A DNA stretch of 64,000 bases, taken from assembly GCA_050953065.1 (NCBI GenBank), contig JBMNLZ010000002.1, positions 448,001 through 512,000 of the forward strand. The letters are read 5' to 3'. The position numbers were made by a program, and so were the translations under genes. Below are positions 18,405 through 30,385 of the stretch, piece by piece (position 1 is the stretch's first letter; the number at the start of each line of letters is the position of its first letter). The DNA comes from Bacilli bacterium (GTDB lineage Bacteria; Bacillota_I; Bacilli_A; ML615J-28; CAG-698). Under the pieces are notes generated by a model, which searched no databases, was not told the origin of the DNA, and saw nothing but the letters and a program-made list of their open reading frames with translations.

Positions 18405-19893
18405 GTGAATTTAGAACATATTACTAAAAAAATTGCTTCCAAGATTGAAAGCTATAAAAGAAAATATAATTCGCTTGTAACCGGCACCATATTAGAATGT
18501 AACGATGGTGTCATTTTTGTGGATGGACTAAGTGGAGTTGGTTATGGTGAACTTATTAGAGTAAATGAAAGCTATGCTATGGTTTTAAATATTGAAGAAG
18601 ATAAAATTGGAGCAATTGTCTTAAATGATATTGGTAATATTGCAGCAGGAGATACTGCTTATGCTACAGGCTATGTGGCTGATGTTGGTGTATCAGAAGA
18701 AATATTGGGTAGAGTTATTAATCCACTTGGGACTCCAATGGATGGAAAAAGTAAATATAAGGTTGATAAATATCAACATTTAGAAGCACCATCTCCAGAA
18801 ATTATGGATAGAGATAGTGTTAACGAACCTTTAGAAACTGGAATTATGGCAATTGATGCAATGATTCCTATTGGAAAAGGTCAAAGAGAATTAATTATTG
18901 GTGATATGCAAACAGGTAAAACTGCAATTGCGATAGATACAATTCTAAATCAAAAAGATAAAAATGTTATTTGTATATATGTTGCAATTGGTCAAAAAGC
19001 TTCATCAATTTCTAAAATCTTACAGGTATTAACTGAGGCTAATGCTATGTCTTATACGACAATTGTAGCATCAACTGCTAATAACGAAGCATCAATGCAA
19101 TATTTAGCACCATATACTGGATGTGCAATTGCTGAGTATTTTATGCAGAGAGGAAAAGATGTATTAGTCGTTTATGATGATCTTACAAAACATGCGATAG
19201 CTTATAGAACACTATCACTTTTATTAAAGCGTCCATCAGGAAGAGAAGCATTCCCTGGAGATATATTCTACACACATTCTCGTCTTTTAGAAAGAGCAGG
19301 CAAGCTTTCTAAAGAATTAGGTGGTGGTTCAATGACAGCCTTACCTATTATTGAAACTCAAATGGGAGATATATCAGCTTATATTCCAACTAATGTTATT
19401 AGTATTACAGATGGCCAAATCTTCTTAGAAACAGAACTTTTCTATGCTGGAAGAAGACCGGCTGTAAATGAGGGGTTGAGTGTTTCTAGAATTGGAGGAT
19501 CTGCTCAATATAAAGCCATTAGAAAAGTAGCTAGTAAATTAAGACTAGAACTTGCTAACTATAGAGAATTAGCAATCTTTTCTAGGTTTGTAGCAGAACT
19601 TGATAATGAAACCAAAAAAATTCTAGAACAAGGAGCAATCCTTACAAAATGTTTAACTCAAGAACAATATAAACCGCTATCTTTTGAAAAACAGGTAGTA
19701 TACTTATATGTTGTTACTAATCAGTTGATTCCATTTATAACAGAGGATAATGTACGTGAAGTAGTGGCTGGACTTTTTGCATACTTAGAAGTTAATCACA
19801 ATGAAATTTTTGAAGAAATCAAAACTGAAAAAGATTTAAGTGATAAAATAATTGGTCAATTAGAAAATGCGATAAGGGATTTTGTAGGTAGCC

Positions 19894-19907
<14 letters not shown>
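18405..19907 (+). CDS. atpA: F-type ATP synthase subunit alpha
   Basis: IPIGKGQRELIIGDMQTGKT, VYDDL, GREAFPGD, ISITDGQIFL, SVSRIGG. Confidence 0.97.
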
Positions 19908-22543
<2,636 letters not shown>

Positions 22544-22545
<2 letters not shown>

Positions 22546-22576
22546 AAAAATGAATTGGATTTCCAATTCATTTTTT
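22544..22576. terminator. Bidirectional terminator between convergent genes
   Basis: AAAAAAATGAATTGGA-T-TTCCAATTCATTTTTT. Confidence 0.85.
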
Positions 22577-22594
22577 ATTATTAATTATTAAAAT

Positions 22595-24619
22595 TTAAAT
22601 ATTTTGTTTCCTTTTGATAAAGATTATTCCAAACCCAGTAAAGATGAAGAATAGATTAATTGCTTTTGCTTTACATCCACTTCCAGGAGTGCCATCTTCA
22701 TCTTCGCCTTGCTCATCATCACCTTGTTCATCATCATCTTCATCATCTAGTGAATAATTATATGTTAGAGTTTCGTTAAAGATTTCATCTCTATAAATAT
22801 CTTTAACAATTAGTGTAAGCTGATTTTCTCCTTCAACTAGTAGGGCTGTTAAATTATATTCAGTGGCATCTTTTTCTAAATTACAAATTAACTCTCCATC
22901 TATTTCAAAAATAAAGTCTTTTATTTGTAAGGCTACTAAATCATTATCCCATTTGAAGAATAATACTCCATTTTCCTTTTCAACTCTTAAATTACTAATT
23001 GAGCCTGGGTCGTGTTTGTTGACAAAAGTTTTTAAAACTTCTCTAGTTGTAGCATCTTTAAAGGTAATAATAATCTTTATTTGGAGTGTTTTTCCAGCTG
23101 GAAGTTCTCCAAAGAAAAATTGTGTCATATCTTCAGCTGGCTCAAATGAAGCGTATACATAATCACCTGCTGCAGCATTACATACTTTGATATCTCTAAC
23201 TTTATCCCAACCAACATCAGTGAAAGTTAATTTTCCTAAAGATAGATCTTCTGGATTAATAGTAACATCAAATGAATTAGCATATGCATCTCTATCAAAG
23301 TCTCCAATATCTTCTTTTTTACAAGGAATAGTGTAACTATCATGAACAGTTCCACTATCATCAAACATTTCACCAGTAATTTCAGTTTTACTGACAGTTA
23401 GAACTTGAATAGAACTAATTGAGTTGCTATCTGTTGTACCACCATAGATTACTTCTGAATATTCACTACTTGCAGTTGCGATTCTTCCACGTGCTCCAAT
23501 TTGGTTTGCTGTAATATATACTGTACCTTTATCTGCTGTAGTAACTTGCCCATTTAAAATAGGTTTAGTTCTTACATATACATGGTCATCTCCTGTTAAG
23601 ACTAAGTCAACACCTAGGCTTTCTAAAGTGCTTCCATAAATATTATAAGCATCAGTAGATTTACTAACTCCGCTAGGTGCACTAGCAGTAGAACCATGGA
23701 AAAATTCTCTATGAGAAAAAGCTATGATATAATCACTTGGATTGTTTTGAATAGTAGTAGCTAACCATGATTTTTGTTTTTCTCTTGTTGCATAATCTAG
23801 AATTTCAGAATTTATTGCAATAAATAACACATTATTATATTTGAAAAAGTAAGATGAATTTGAAATATTTTCAGCACCATTCTTGGGATTATCAAACATT
23901 GCGTTATAATAAACATCTGAAGTATGAACTACTCCACCTGAATATTTATAATAATCATGATTTCCAGGAGTTGTTGCTAAAAAATAATTTTTAGTAAATG
24001 GAGCTGTTGCAAAATGTTTCCATTGATAATAATCACTTCCATGAGCTGTTAGGTCTCCTGGAAAAAGTATGAAATCTAAATTTGGATTTTTTTCTTGAGC
24101 TTTTGCAATTAAAGAATTAGCAGTAGATAGTCTTGCGCTTATATTAGGATAAGCATGAACGTCAGACATATAAACAAAACTAAAACTATCGCTTTCATCT
24201 GCAGTTTTAAAGAAATAACTAGCTGTAGTAGCCTCACCCTTAATTCTATATCTATATTCAGTACCTGGTGTTAAATCTGTTAGGTTAACAATATTTCTAT
24301 AATAGTTTACTGAACCAGTATAACCACCACTATTACCATCTGATGCACTTTCAAAAGTTGAAGATACAGCAGTTGGTGTTATCTCTATACCATTTGTATA
24401 ATCTGTATCATCTTTAGTAGTGTAAGTTAGAGTAGAAGATTCAACAGTTGCGTGCCAACTAATATTTATTTCAGTACTAGCATCCTCACCTGGTGTTGCA
24501 AATACTAAATCAATTCTTGTTGGGATAGTAAACCATCCAAAACTTTCAGTAGTAAAAACTAATGTTGATACTAAAAATAATAAAAAAACTAATAAAAAAC
24601 AAGATAATATTTTTCTCAT
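22595..24619 (-). CDS. Secreted calcineurin-like metallophosphoesterase (purple-acid-phosphatase-type FN3 plus catalytic domain) with C-terminal Gly-Cys/TM/basic tail
   Basis: Signal peptide; LTDLTPGTEYRYRI; SDVH, PGDL, PGNHD, FSH, GDDH; acidic linker, then GSGC...TM...KRK. Confidence 0.85.
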   Translation of the reverse strand: MRKILSCFLLVFLLFLVSTLVFTTESFGWFTIPTRIDLVFATPGEDASTEINISWHATVESSTLTYTTKDDTDYTNGIEITPTAVSSTFESASDGNSGGYTGSVNYYRNIVNLTDLTPGTEYRYRIKGEATTASYFFKTADESDSFSFVYMSDVHAYPNISARLSTANSLIAKAQEKNPNLDFILFPGDLTAHGSDYYQWKHFATAPFTKNYFLATTPGNHDYYKYSGGVVHTSDVYYNAMFDNPKNGAENISNSSYFFKYNNVLFIAINSEILDYATREKQKSWLATTIQNNPSDYIIAFSHREFFHGSTASAPSGVSKSTDAYNIYGSTLESLGVDLVLTGDDHVYVRTKPILNGQVTTADKGTVYITANQIGARGRIATASSEYSEVIYGGTTDSNSISSIQVLTVSKTEITGEMFDDSGTVHDSYTIPCKKEDIGDFDRDAYANSFDVTINPEDLSLGKLTFTDVGWDKVRDIKVCNAAAGDYVYASFEPAEDMTQFFFGELPAGKTLQIKIIITFKDATTREVLKTFVNKHDPGSISNLRVEKENGVLFFKWDNDLVALQIKDFIFEIDGELICNLEKDATEYNLTALLVEGENQLTLIVKDIYRDEIFNETLTYNYSLDDEDDDEQGDDEQGEDEDGTPGSGCKAKAINLFFIFTGFGIIFIKRKQNI

Positions 24620-24826
24620 AAAAATCCTCCTATATTAAATTATACCATAAATAGTTAAATACTACAAAATCAATTATTTTAAAAAATAAGAATCTATCTT
24701 TTGAATTGCTTTAATGGTAAAATGTTTGCGTCATTTCTTGCATTTAAAGGCTAAAAGTTGTATAATATAATTGTTTGTAAAGTGAGATTTGTCACTAAAA
24801 ATTAACTTAAAGGAGAAGAAAAAAGA

Positions 24827-25954
24827 ATGGCAGATTACAGGTATTATCAGTATGATTTATTAAAAGAGTTTTGTACTAAAGCATTTAACAAAGTTGGTTT
24901 TACAAAAAAAGAAAGTGCGATTATCGTTGATGTATTATTATTATCAGATTTGTTTGGAATTGAATCACATGGTGTTCAAAGATTAGCAAGATATCATAAA
25001 GGTATTGAAAAGGGTTTAATTAAACTTGATGCTAAACCAGAAGTGGTTTTCGAAACACCAATTAGTGCTGTAATTGACGGACATGAAGGAATGGGACAAC
25101 TAATTTCTCATCAAGCAATGAGTTTAGCAATTAAAAAAGCTCAAAAGAAAGGTGTTGGAATAGTTTCAGTTCGTAATTCAAACCATTATGGAATTGCAGG
25201 TTATTATGCTAAGATGGCATCTGATGCAGGTTTAATTGGTTGGTCTACAACAAATTCTGAGGCGATAATGGTTCCAACATATGGACGTATGGCAATGATA
25301 GGGTCTAACCCAATCGCAATGGCAGTACCAGCAGAACCATATGATTTTCTATTTGATGCTTCTACAACGGTTGTTACTAGAGGAAAACTTGAAATGTATA
25401 ATAAAGCTGAGAAAGCTTTACCTGAAGGCTGGGCACTTGATAAAGATGGTAAACCATCAACTAATGCAGCTGATGTTTTAAAAAATATCGTTGCTAAGAA
25501 TGGTGGTGGAATTATGCCACTAGGTGGATCTGATGAAGTTTTAGGTAGTCATAAAGGATATGGATATGGAATGATTTGTGAAATCTTCTCATCAATTCTA
25601 TCTCAAGGTGCAACATCTAATTATGCCATGACAGGTGGTAAAGGAAAGATTTGTCATAGTTTTATGGCAATTAACCCTGCTTACTTTGGAAATCCTGAAG
25701 ATATAAAGAAACACTTCTCTAAATTCTTACAAGAATTACGTGATGCTCCAAAAGCAGAAGGTCAAGCAAGAATTTATACACATGGTGAAAAAGAAGTTGA
25801 AGCTACAAAAAGAATTCTAAAAGACGGAGTTCCTGTAAATATTAATACAGTATATGAAATGATTGATATGGCAAAATTTGTTGGTTTAAGTTATACAAAA
25901 TATTTTGGTAAAATTAAAAAACCAGAAGATAAAACTAAGAAGAGTTTATATTAA
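24827..25954 (+). CDS. Ldh_2 family (type 2 malate/L-lactate/2-hydroxyacid) dehydrogenase
   Basis: GIESHG, RNSNHYG, GSNPIA, PEGWA, PLGG...HKGYG. Confidence 0.92.
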   Translation: MADYRYYQYDLLKEFCTKAFNKVGFTKKESAIIVDVLLLSDLFGIESHGVQRLARYHKGIEKGLIKLDAKPEVVFETPISAVIDGHEGMGQLISHQAMSLAIKKAQKKGVGIVSVRNSNHYGIAGYYAKMASDAGLIGWSTTNSEAIMVPTYGRMAMIGSNPIAMAVPAEPYDFLFDASTTVVTRGKLEMYNKAEKALPEGWALDKDGKPSTNAADVLKNIVAKNGGGIMPLGGSDEVLGSHKGYGYGMICEIFSSILSQGATSNYAMTGGKGKICHSFMAINPAYFGNPEDIKKHFSKFLQELRDAPKAEGQARIYTHGEKEVEATKRILKDGVPVNINTVYEMIDMAKFVGLSYTKYFGKIKKPEDKTKKSLY

Positions 25955-25968
25955 TAAAGGTGAAAATT

Positions 25969-27162
25969 ATGGAAAAGAAATTAACTACTGCTGAAAAAAG
26001 TTTAGCCTTACATTACGAGAAAAAAGGTAAAATAGAAGTTGTTGTTACAGTACCTGTTGCTAGTAAAGAAGATTTATCACTAGCTTATACTCCAGGGGTA
26101 GCGACTCCTTGTTTAGAAATTCAAAAAGACGTTGATAAATCATATGAATTAACACGTCGTTGGAATATGTGTTTAGTTGTAACTGATGGAACTGCAGTTT
26201 TAGGATTAGGTGATATTGGACCTGAAGCTGGAATGCCTGTTATGGAAGGTAAATGTGTTTTATTTAAAGCCTTTGGTGGAGTAGATGCATTTCCTTTATG
26301 TATTAAGAGTAAAGATGTTGATGAAATTGTTAAAACTATTTATTTAATTTCTGGTTCTTTTGGTGGAGTTAACTTAGAAGATATTTCTGCTCCACGTTGT
26401 TTTGAAATTGAAAAAAGATTAAAAGAAATTTGTGATATTCCAATTTTCCATGATGACCAACATGGTACTGCAGTTGTAACTTTAGCAGGCTTAACAAATG
26501 CTTTAAGAATTGTTAAAAAAGATAAAGCAAAAGTTAAGGTTGTTATTAACGGAGCAGGAGCAGCAGCTATTTCAATTACTCAATTATTATTAGCTGATGG
26601 CTTTAAAGATATTACTTTATGTGATACTAAGGGTGCTATTTATGAGGGTAGAGCAGTTGGAATGAACTCTATTAAAGAAGAAATGGCTAAAGTAACTAAC
26701 CTTTCTAAGAAAGAAGGAGCACTTAAAGACTTACTAGTTGGAGCAGATGTATTTATTGGAGTTTCTGCACCTAATATGGTTACTAAAGAAATGGTTCAAA
26801 CTATGGCAAAAGATGCAATTGTTTTTGCATGTGCAAATCCAATACCTGAAATTTATCCAGATGAAGCAAAAGCAGGTGGAGCGAAAGTTATTGCTACTGG
26901 AAGAAGTGACTTCCCTAACCAAATCAATAATGTTATAGCTTTTCCTGGTATCTTTAGGGGAACATTTGATGTTAGAGCATCAGATATTAATGATGAAATG
27001 AAATTAGCAGCAGCTAAAGCATTATCTAATTTAATTACTGATGAAGAATTAACTCCTGAATATATTATTCCTGCAGCATTTGATCCAAGAGTAAGAGAAG
27101 TTGTTTCAAAAGCAGTTGCAGATGCAGCAAGAAAAACTAAAGTTGCAAGAATTAATAAATAA
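25969..27162 (+). CDS. NAD(P)-dependent malic enzyme, copy 1
   Basis: LAYTPGVA, VTDGTAVLGLGDIG, PVMEGK, NLEDISAPRCF, FHDDQHGTA, GAGAA, ATGRSDFPNQINN. Confidence 0.95.
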   Translation: MEKKLTTAEKSLALHYEKKGKIEVVVTVPVASKEDLSLAYTPGVATPCLEIQKDVDKSYELTRRWNMCLVVTDGTAVLGLGDIGPEAGMPVMEGKCVLFKAFGGVDAFPLCIKSKDVDEIVKTIYLISGSFGGVNLEDISAPRCFEIEKRLKEICDIPIFHDDQHGTAVVTLAGLTNALRIVKKDKAKVKVVINGAGAAAISITQLLLADGFKDITLCDTKGAIYEGRAVGMNSIKEEMAKVTNLSKKEGALKDLLVGADVFIGVSAPNMVTKEMVQTMAKDAIVFACANPIPEIYPDEAKAGGAKVIATGRSDFPNQINNVIAFPGIFRGTFDVRASDINDEMKLAAAKALSNLITDEELTPEYIIPAAFDPRVREVVSKAVADAARKTKVARINK

Positions 27163-27196
27163 TTAAAGTTTAAAAAATTTTTAAAAGGAGGCAAAA

Positions 27197-28477
27197 ATGC
27201 TAGAATTCCAACTTCCGTATTATAAACATCATATGACTTTATCAATTGAAGATAAAGAACGCCTAGCGGGAGTATTAATATCTAATGCAGAAACATATAT
27301 TCCTAAAGGAAAACCTACTGATCTAGTTAAGAAAGCATTAAAAAAACCAATTGGTTCTAAACCACTTTCAAAACTTGCGAAAAAGAAAAAGCATATTGTT
27401 ATAATTACAAGTGATCATACAAGGCCAGTGCCAAGTCATATTACTATGCCTATTATTTTAAAAGAAATAAGAAAACATAATAAAGATGTTAAGATTACTA
27501 TTTTAATTGCAACAGGTATGCATCGCCCAACAACTAAACAAGAAATGATTGAAAAGTTTGGTAAAGAAGTTGTTGAGAAAGAAGTTTTTGTAGTACATGA
27601 TGCTTATAAAGATGAAGATATGGTTTTCAAAGGTATATTACCATCAGGTGGAGAAGTATGGCTTAATAAATTAGTAGATGAAGCAGATTTATTAATTTCT
27701 GAAGGCTTTATAGAACCTCATTTCTTTGCGGGTTTTAGTGGAGGAAGAAAATCTGTTTTACCTGGTATTGCTTCTAAGAAGACAGTTTTATGGAATCATA
27801 ATGCAAAGTTTATCGCTCATCCTGCAGCAAGAGCAGGAAGTTTGCTTGATAATCCAATACATAAAGATATGTTATTTGCAGCCCAAGTAGCAAACTTAGC
27901 CTTTATTTTAAATGTCGTTATAAATGGAGAAAAAGAAATCATTGGTGCTTATGCAGGAGATCCTTCAAAAGCACATAATGAGGGGTGTAAATTAGTAGCA
28001 GAACTTGCGAAAGTTAAACCAGTTCCAGCTGATATTGTAGTTACGACTAATGGTGGATATCCACTTGATCAAAATATTTATCAAACTGTAAAAGGAATGA
28101 CAGCAGCTGAGGCTTGTGTTAAACCTAACGGAGTTATTGTGATGATTTCATCTTGTATTGATGGCCATGGTGGAGACTTCTTTTATCATACTTTAGCTGA
28201 TGCTTTAAATCCTAAAGCAGCGTTAGAAAAAATTGAAGGAGTAGAACCTTCAGAAACAGTTTTTGATCAATGGGAGAGCCAAATATTAGCAAGGATATTA
28301 GTTAAAAGTACGGTTATTTTAGTAAGTGATTTGTGTGACCCAAAAATCATAACTGATATGCATATGCTTCATGCAAAAGATGTAAATGAAGCGATGGCGA
28401 AAGCCGAAAAAATAGCCGGTAAAGATAGTAAAATAACAGTTATTCCAGATGGAGTTGCTGTTATAGTTAAAGATTAA
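27197..28477 (+). CDS. larA: Nickel-pincer-dependent lactate racemase family protein
   Basis: DHTRP, ATGMHR, EPHFFAGFSGGRKS, NH, YQTVKG, DQW..QILAR. Confidence 0.92.
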   Translation: MLEFQLPYYKHHMTLSIEDKERLAGVLISNAETYIPKGKPTDLVKKALKKPIGSKPLSKLAKKKKHIVIITSDHTRPVPSHITMPIILKEIRKHNKDVKITILIATGMHRPTTKQEMIEKFGKEVVEKEVFVVHDAYKDEDMVFKGILPSGGEVWLNKLVDEADLLISEGFIEPHFFAGFSGGRKSVLPGIASKKTVLWNHNAKFIAHPAARAGSLLDNPIHKDMLFAAQVANLAFILNVVINGEKEIIGAYAGDPSKAHNEGCKLVAELAKVKPVPADIVVTTNGGYPLDQNIYQTVKGMTAAEACVKPNGVIVMISSCIDGHGGDFFYHTLADALNPKAALEKIEGVEPSETVFDQWESQILARILVKSTVILVSDLCDPKIITDMHMLHAKDVNEAMAKAEKIAGKDSKITVIPDGVAVIVKD

Positions 28478-28486
28478 TTTTAATTT

Positions 28487-28512
28487 ACCCGCTTTAAAAA
28501 AGGCGGGTTTTT
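28487..28512 (+). terminator. Intrinsic terminator or internal attenuator
   Basis: ACCCGCTTT-AAA-AAAGGCGGGT followed by TTTT. Confidence 0.7.
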
Positions 28513-28529
28513 AAAAAGAAAGGAAAGAA

Positions 28530-29021
28530 ATGAAAAAGAAAGAAGCAGTTAAAAGAACGTGTCTAAGACCGACACCTTCTGTGATCGTATCAATGAGAGA
28601 TGAGAATGGTAAAAATAACGCCTTAACAATTGGTTATTGTTGCAATTGTAGTTTTGATCCTCCAATGCTTGCAATAGCAATCAATCCAGCAAGATATTCG
28701 TATCATATAATTAATCAGACTAGATGTTTTGTTGTAAACCTTACAACAAAGGAAAATGAATCGTTAATTGAATATATGGGAACAGTATCAGGGCGTGATG
28801 TTGATAAGTTTAAAGAGATGAAGGTAGAAACAGAAGAAGCAATTAATATCGATGCTCCACTTATTAAAGAATGTCCAGTAAATATTGAATGTTTGGTTGT
28901 TGATAGTATACATACTGGGTCGCATGTTTTGTTTATAGCAAAAGTCTTATACGTTCATGCAAGAGAAGATTTAATAAAAGAAGATGGAACAGTTGATAAA
29001 AATAAAATAAAATTTATTTAA
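28530..29021 (+). CDS. Flavin reductase-like (flavoredoxin) protein
   Basis: SFDPPML, FVVNL, GTVSGRDVDKF, APLIKECPVNIEC, GSHVLFI. Confidence 0.9.
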   Translation: MKKKEAVKRTCLRPTPSVIVSMRDENGKNNALTIGYCCNCSFDPPMLAIAINPARYSYHIINQTRCFVVNLTTKENESLIEYMGTVSGRDVDKFKEMKVETEEAINIDAPLIKECPVNIECLVVDSIHTGSHVLFIAKVLYVHAREDLIKEDGTVDKNKIKFI

Positions 29022-29046
29022 AAAAGAAAGGTAAGGAGTGAAAAAT

Positions 29047-30228
29047 ATGGATGATGTTAATGAAAAAAGTCTTCAGTTGCATGCATTGCATAATGGTAAA
29101 TTAGAGGTAATTTCAAAAGTTAAAGTTGAAAACAGAGAAGATCTATGTTTGGCTTATACTCCAGGAGTAGCTGAACCTTGTAAAAAAATTCATGCAAATC
29201 AAGGCGATGTTTATAGATATACAATTAAAGGAAATACTATTGCTGTTGTAACTGATGGAACAGCAGTTTTAGGGCTAGGTGATATTGGCCCTCATGCTGC
29301 AATGCCAGTAATGGAAGGTAAAGCAATTCTATTTAAACAATTTGGAAATGTTGATGCTTTCCCAATTTGTCTTAATACTAAAGACACTGAAGAAATAATT
29401 AAAACAGTAAAATATCTTGCTCCAACTTTTGGTGGAATTAACTTAGAAGATATTTCAGCTCCTCGTTGTTTTGAAATTGAAAAAAGATTAAAAGAAGAAT
29501 TAGATATTCCTGTTTTTCATGATGATCAACATGGTACTGCAATAGTAGTTTGTGCAGCCCTAATAAATGCTTTAAAAATAGTTGATAAAAAAATTGAAGA
29601 TATTAATATTGTTGTTAATGGGGCAGGTTCTGCTGGAATTTCAATTGCTAAACTATTATTACAATTTAAAGCAGGCAATGTAGTTTTAGTAGATAGAATA
29701 GGAGCACTTCAAAAAGATGCAGAATGGATGAATGATGCTCAAAAAGATATGTTAAAGTATAGCAATGTTAATAAAAACAATGAAAGAGGACCTTTAGTAG
29801 ATATTATTAAAGGCAAAGATGTTTTCATAGGAGTATCAGCTGGCAATGTTTTAAGCCAAGAAATGGTTCAAACTATGGCAAAAGATCCAATTGTCTTTGC
29901 ATGTGCTAATCCAGTTCCTGAAATTATGCCTGATAAAGCTTTAGCAGCTGGTGCTAGAGTTGTTGCAACAGGAAGAAGCGACTTTCCAAATCAAATTAAT
30001 AATGTTTTAGTATTCCCAGGAATCTTTAGAGGTGCATTAGATGTAAGAGCAAGTGATATTACAGAAAGTATGAAAATTGCTGCAGCTTATGCTATTGCTG
30101 ATTTAATTAAGTCTGAAGAGTTAAAAGAAGACTATATAATACCTTCTATTTTTGATAAAAGAGTTAGTGAAAATGTAGCTAAAGCAGTAGCTGAAGAAGC
30201 TATTAAATCAAAAGTAGCTAGAATTTAA
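29047..30228 (+). CDS. NAD(P)-dependent malic enzyme, copy 2
   Basis: Same motif set as copy 1 (LAYTPGVAEPC, PVMEGK, FHDDQHGTA, GAGSAG, ATGRSDFPNQINN). Confidence 0.95.
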   Translation: MDDVNEKSLQLHALHNGKLEVISKVKVENREDLCLAYTPGVAEPCKKIHANQGDVYRYTIKGNTIAVVTDGTAVLGLGDIGPHAAMPVMEGKAILFKQFGNVDAFPICLNTKDTEEIIKTVKYLAPTFGGINLEDISAPRCFEIEKRLKEELDIPVFHDDQHGTAIVVCAALINALKIVDKKIEDINIVVNGAGSAGISIAKLLLQFKAGNVVLVDRIGALQKDAEWMNDAQKDMLKYSNVNKNNERGPLVDIIKGKDVFIGVSAGNVLSQEMVQTMAKDPIVFACANPVPEIMPDKALAAGARVVATGRSDFPNQINNVLVFPGIFRGALDVRASDITESMKIAAAYAIADLIKSEELKEDYIIPSIFDKRVSENVAKAVAEEAIKSKVARI

Positions 30229-30244
30229 TAATTTAAAAAATTAA

Positions 30245-30278
30245 AATAAAACAAAGAATTTCTATTCTTTGTTTTATT
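30245..30278 (+). terminator. Intrinsic terminator
   Basis: AATAAAACAAAGAAT-TTCT-ATTCTTTGTTTTATT. Confidence 0.8.
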
Positions 30279-30385
30279 AATTATAACTTAAAATTAATCT
30301 AACTTAATTTAACCTAAATCCAATAAAAATGACTAGTTAATTGTTTATGTTATGTTGTATAATAATTATAGAAGGGGGGGATGAA

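Noticed and set aside
25969-30228. The two malic enzyme genes as an assembly duplication
   Set aside because: They share motif-level DNA blocks but differ throughout in sequence and length, so they are real paralogues.
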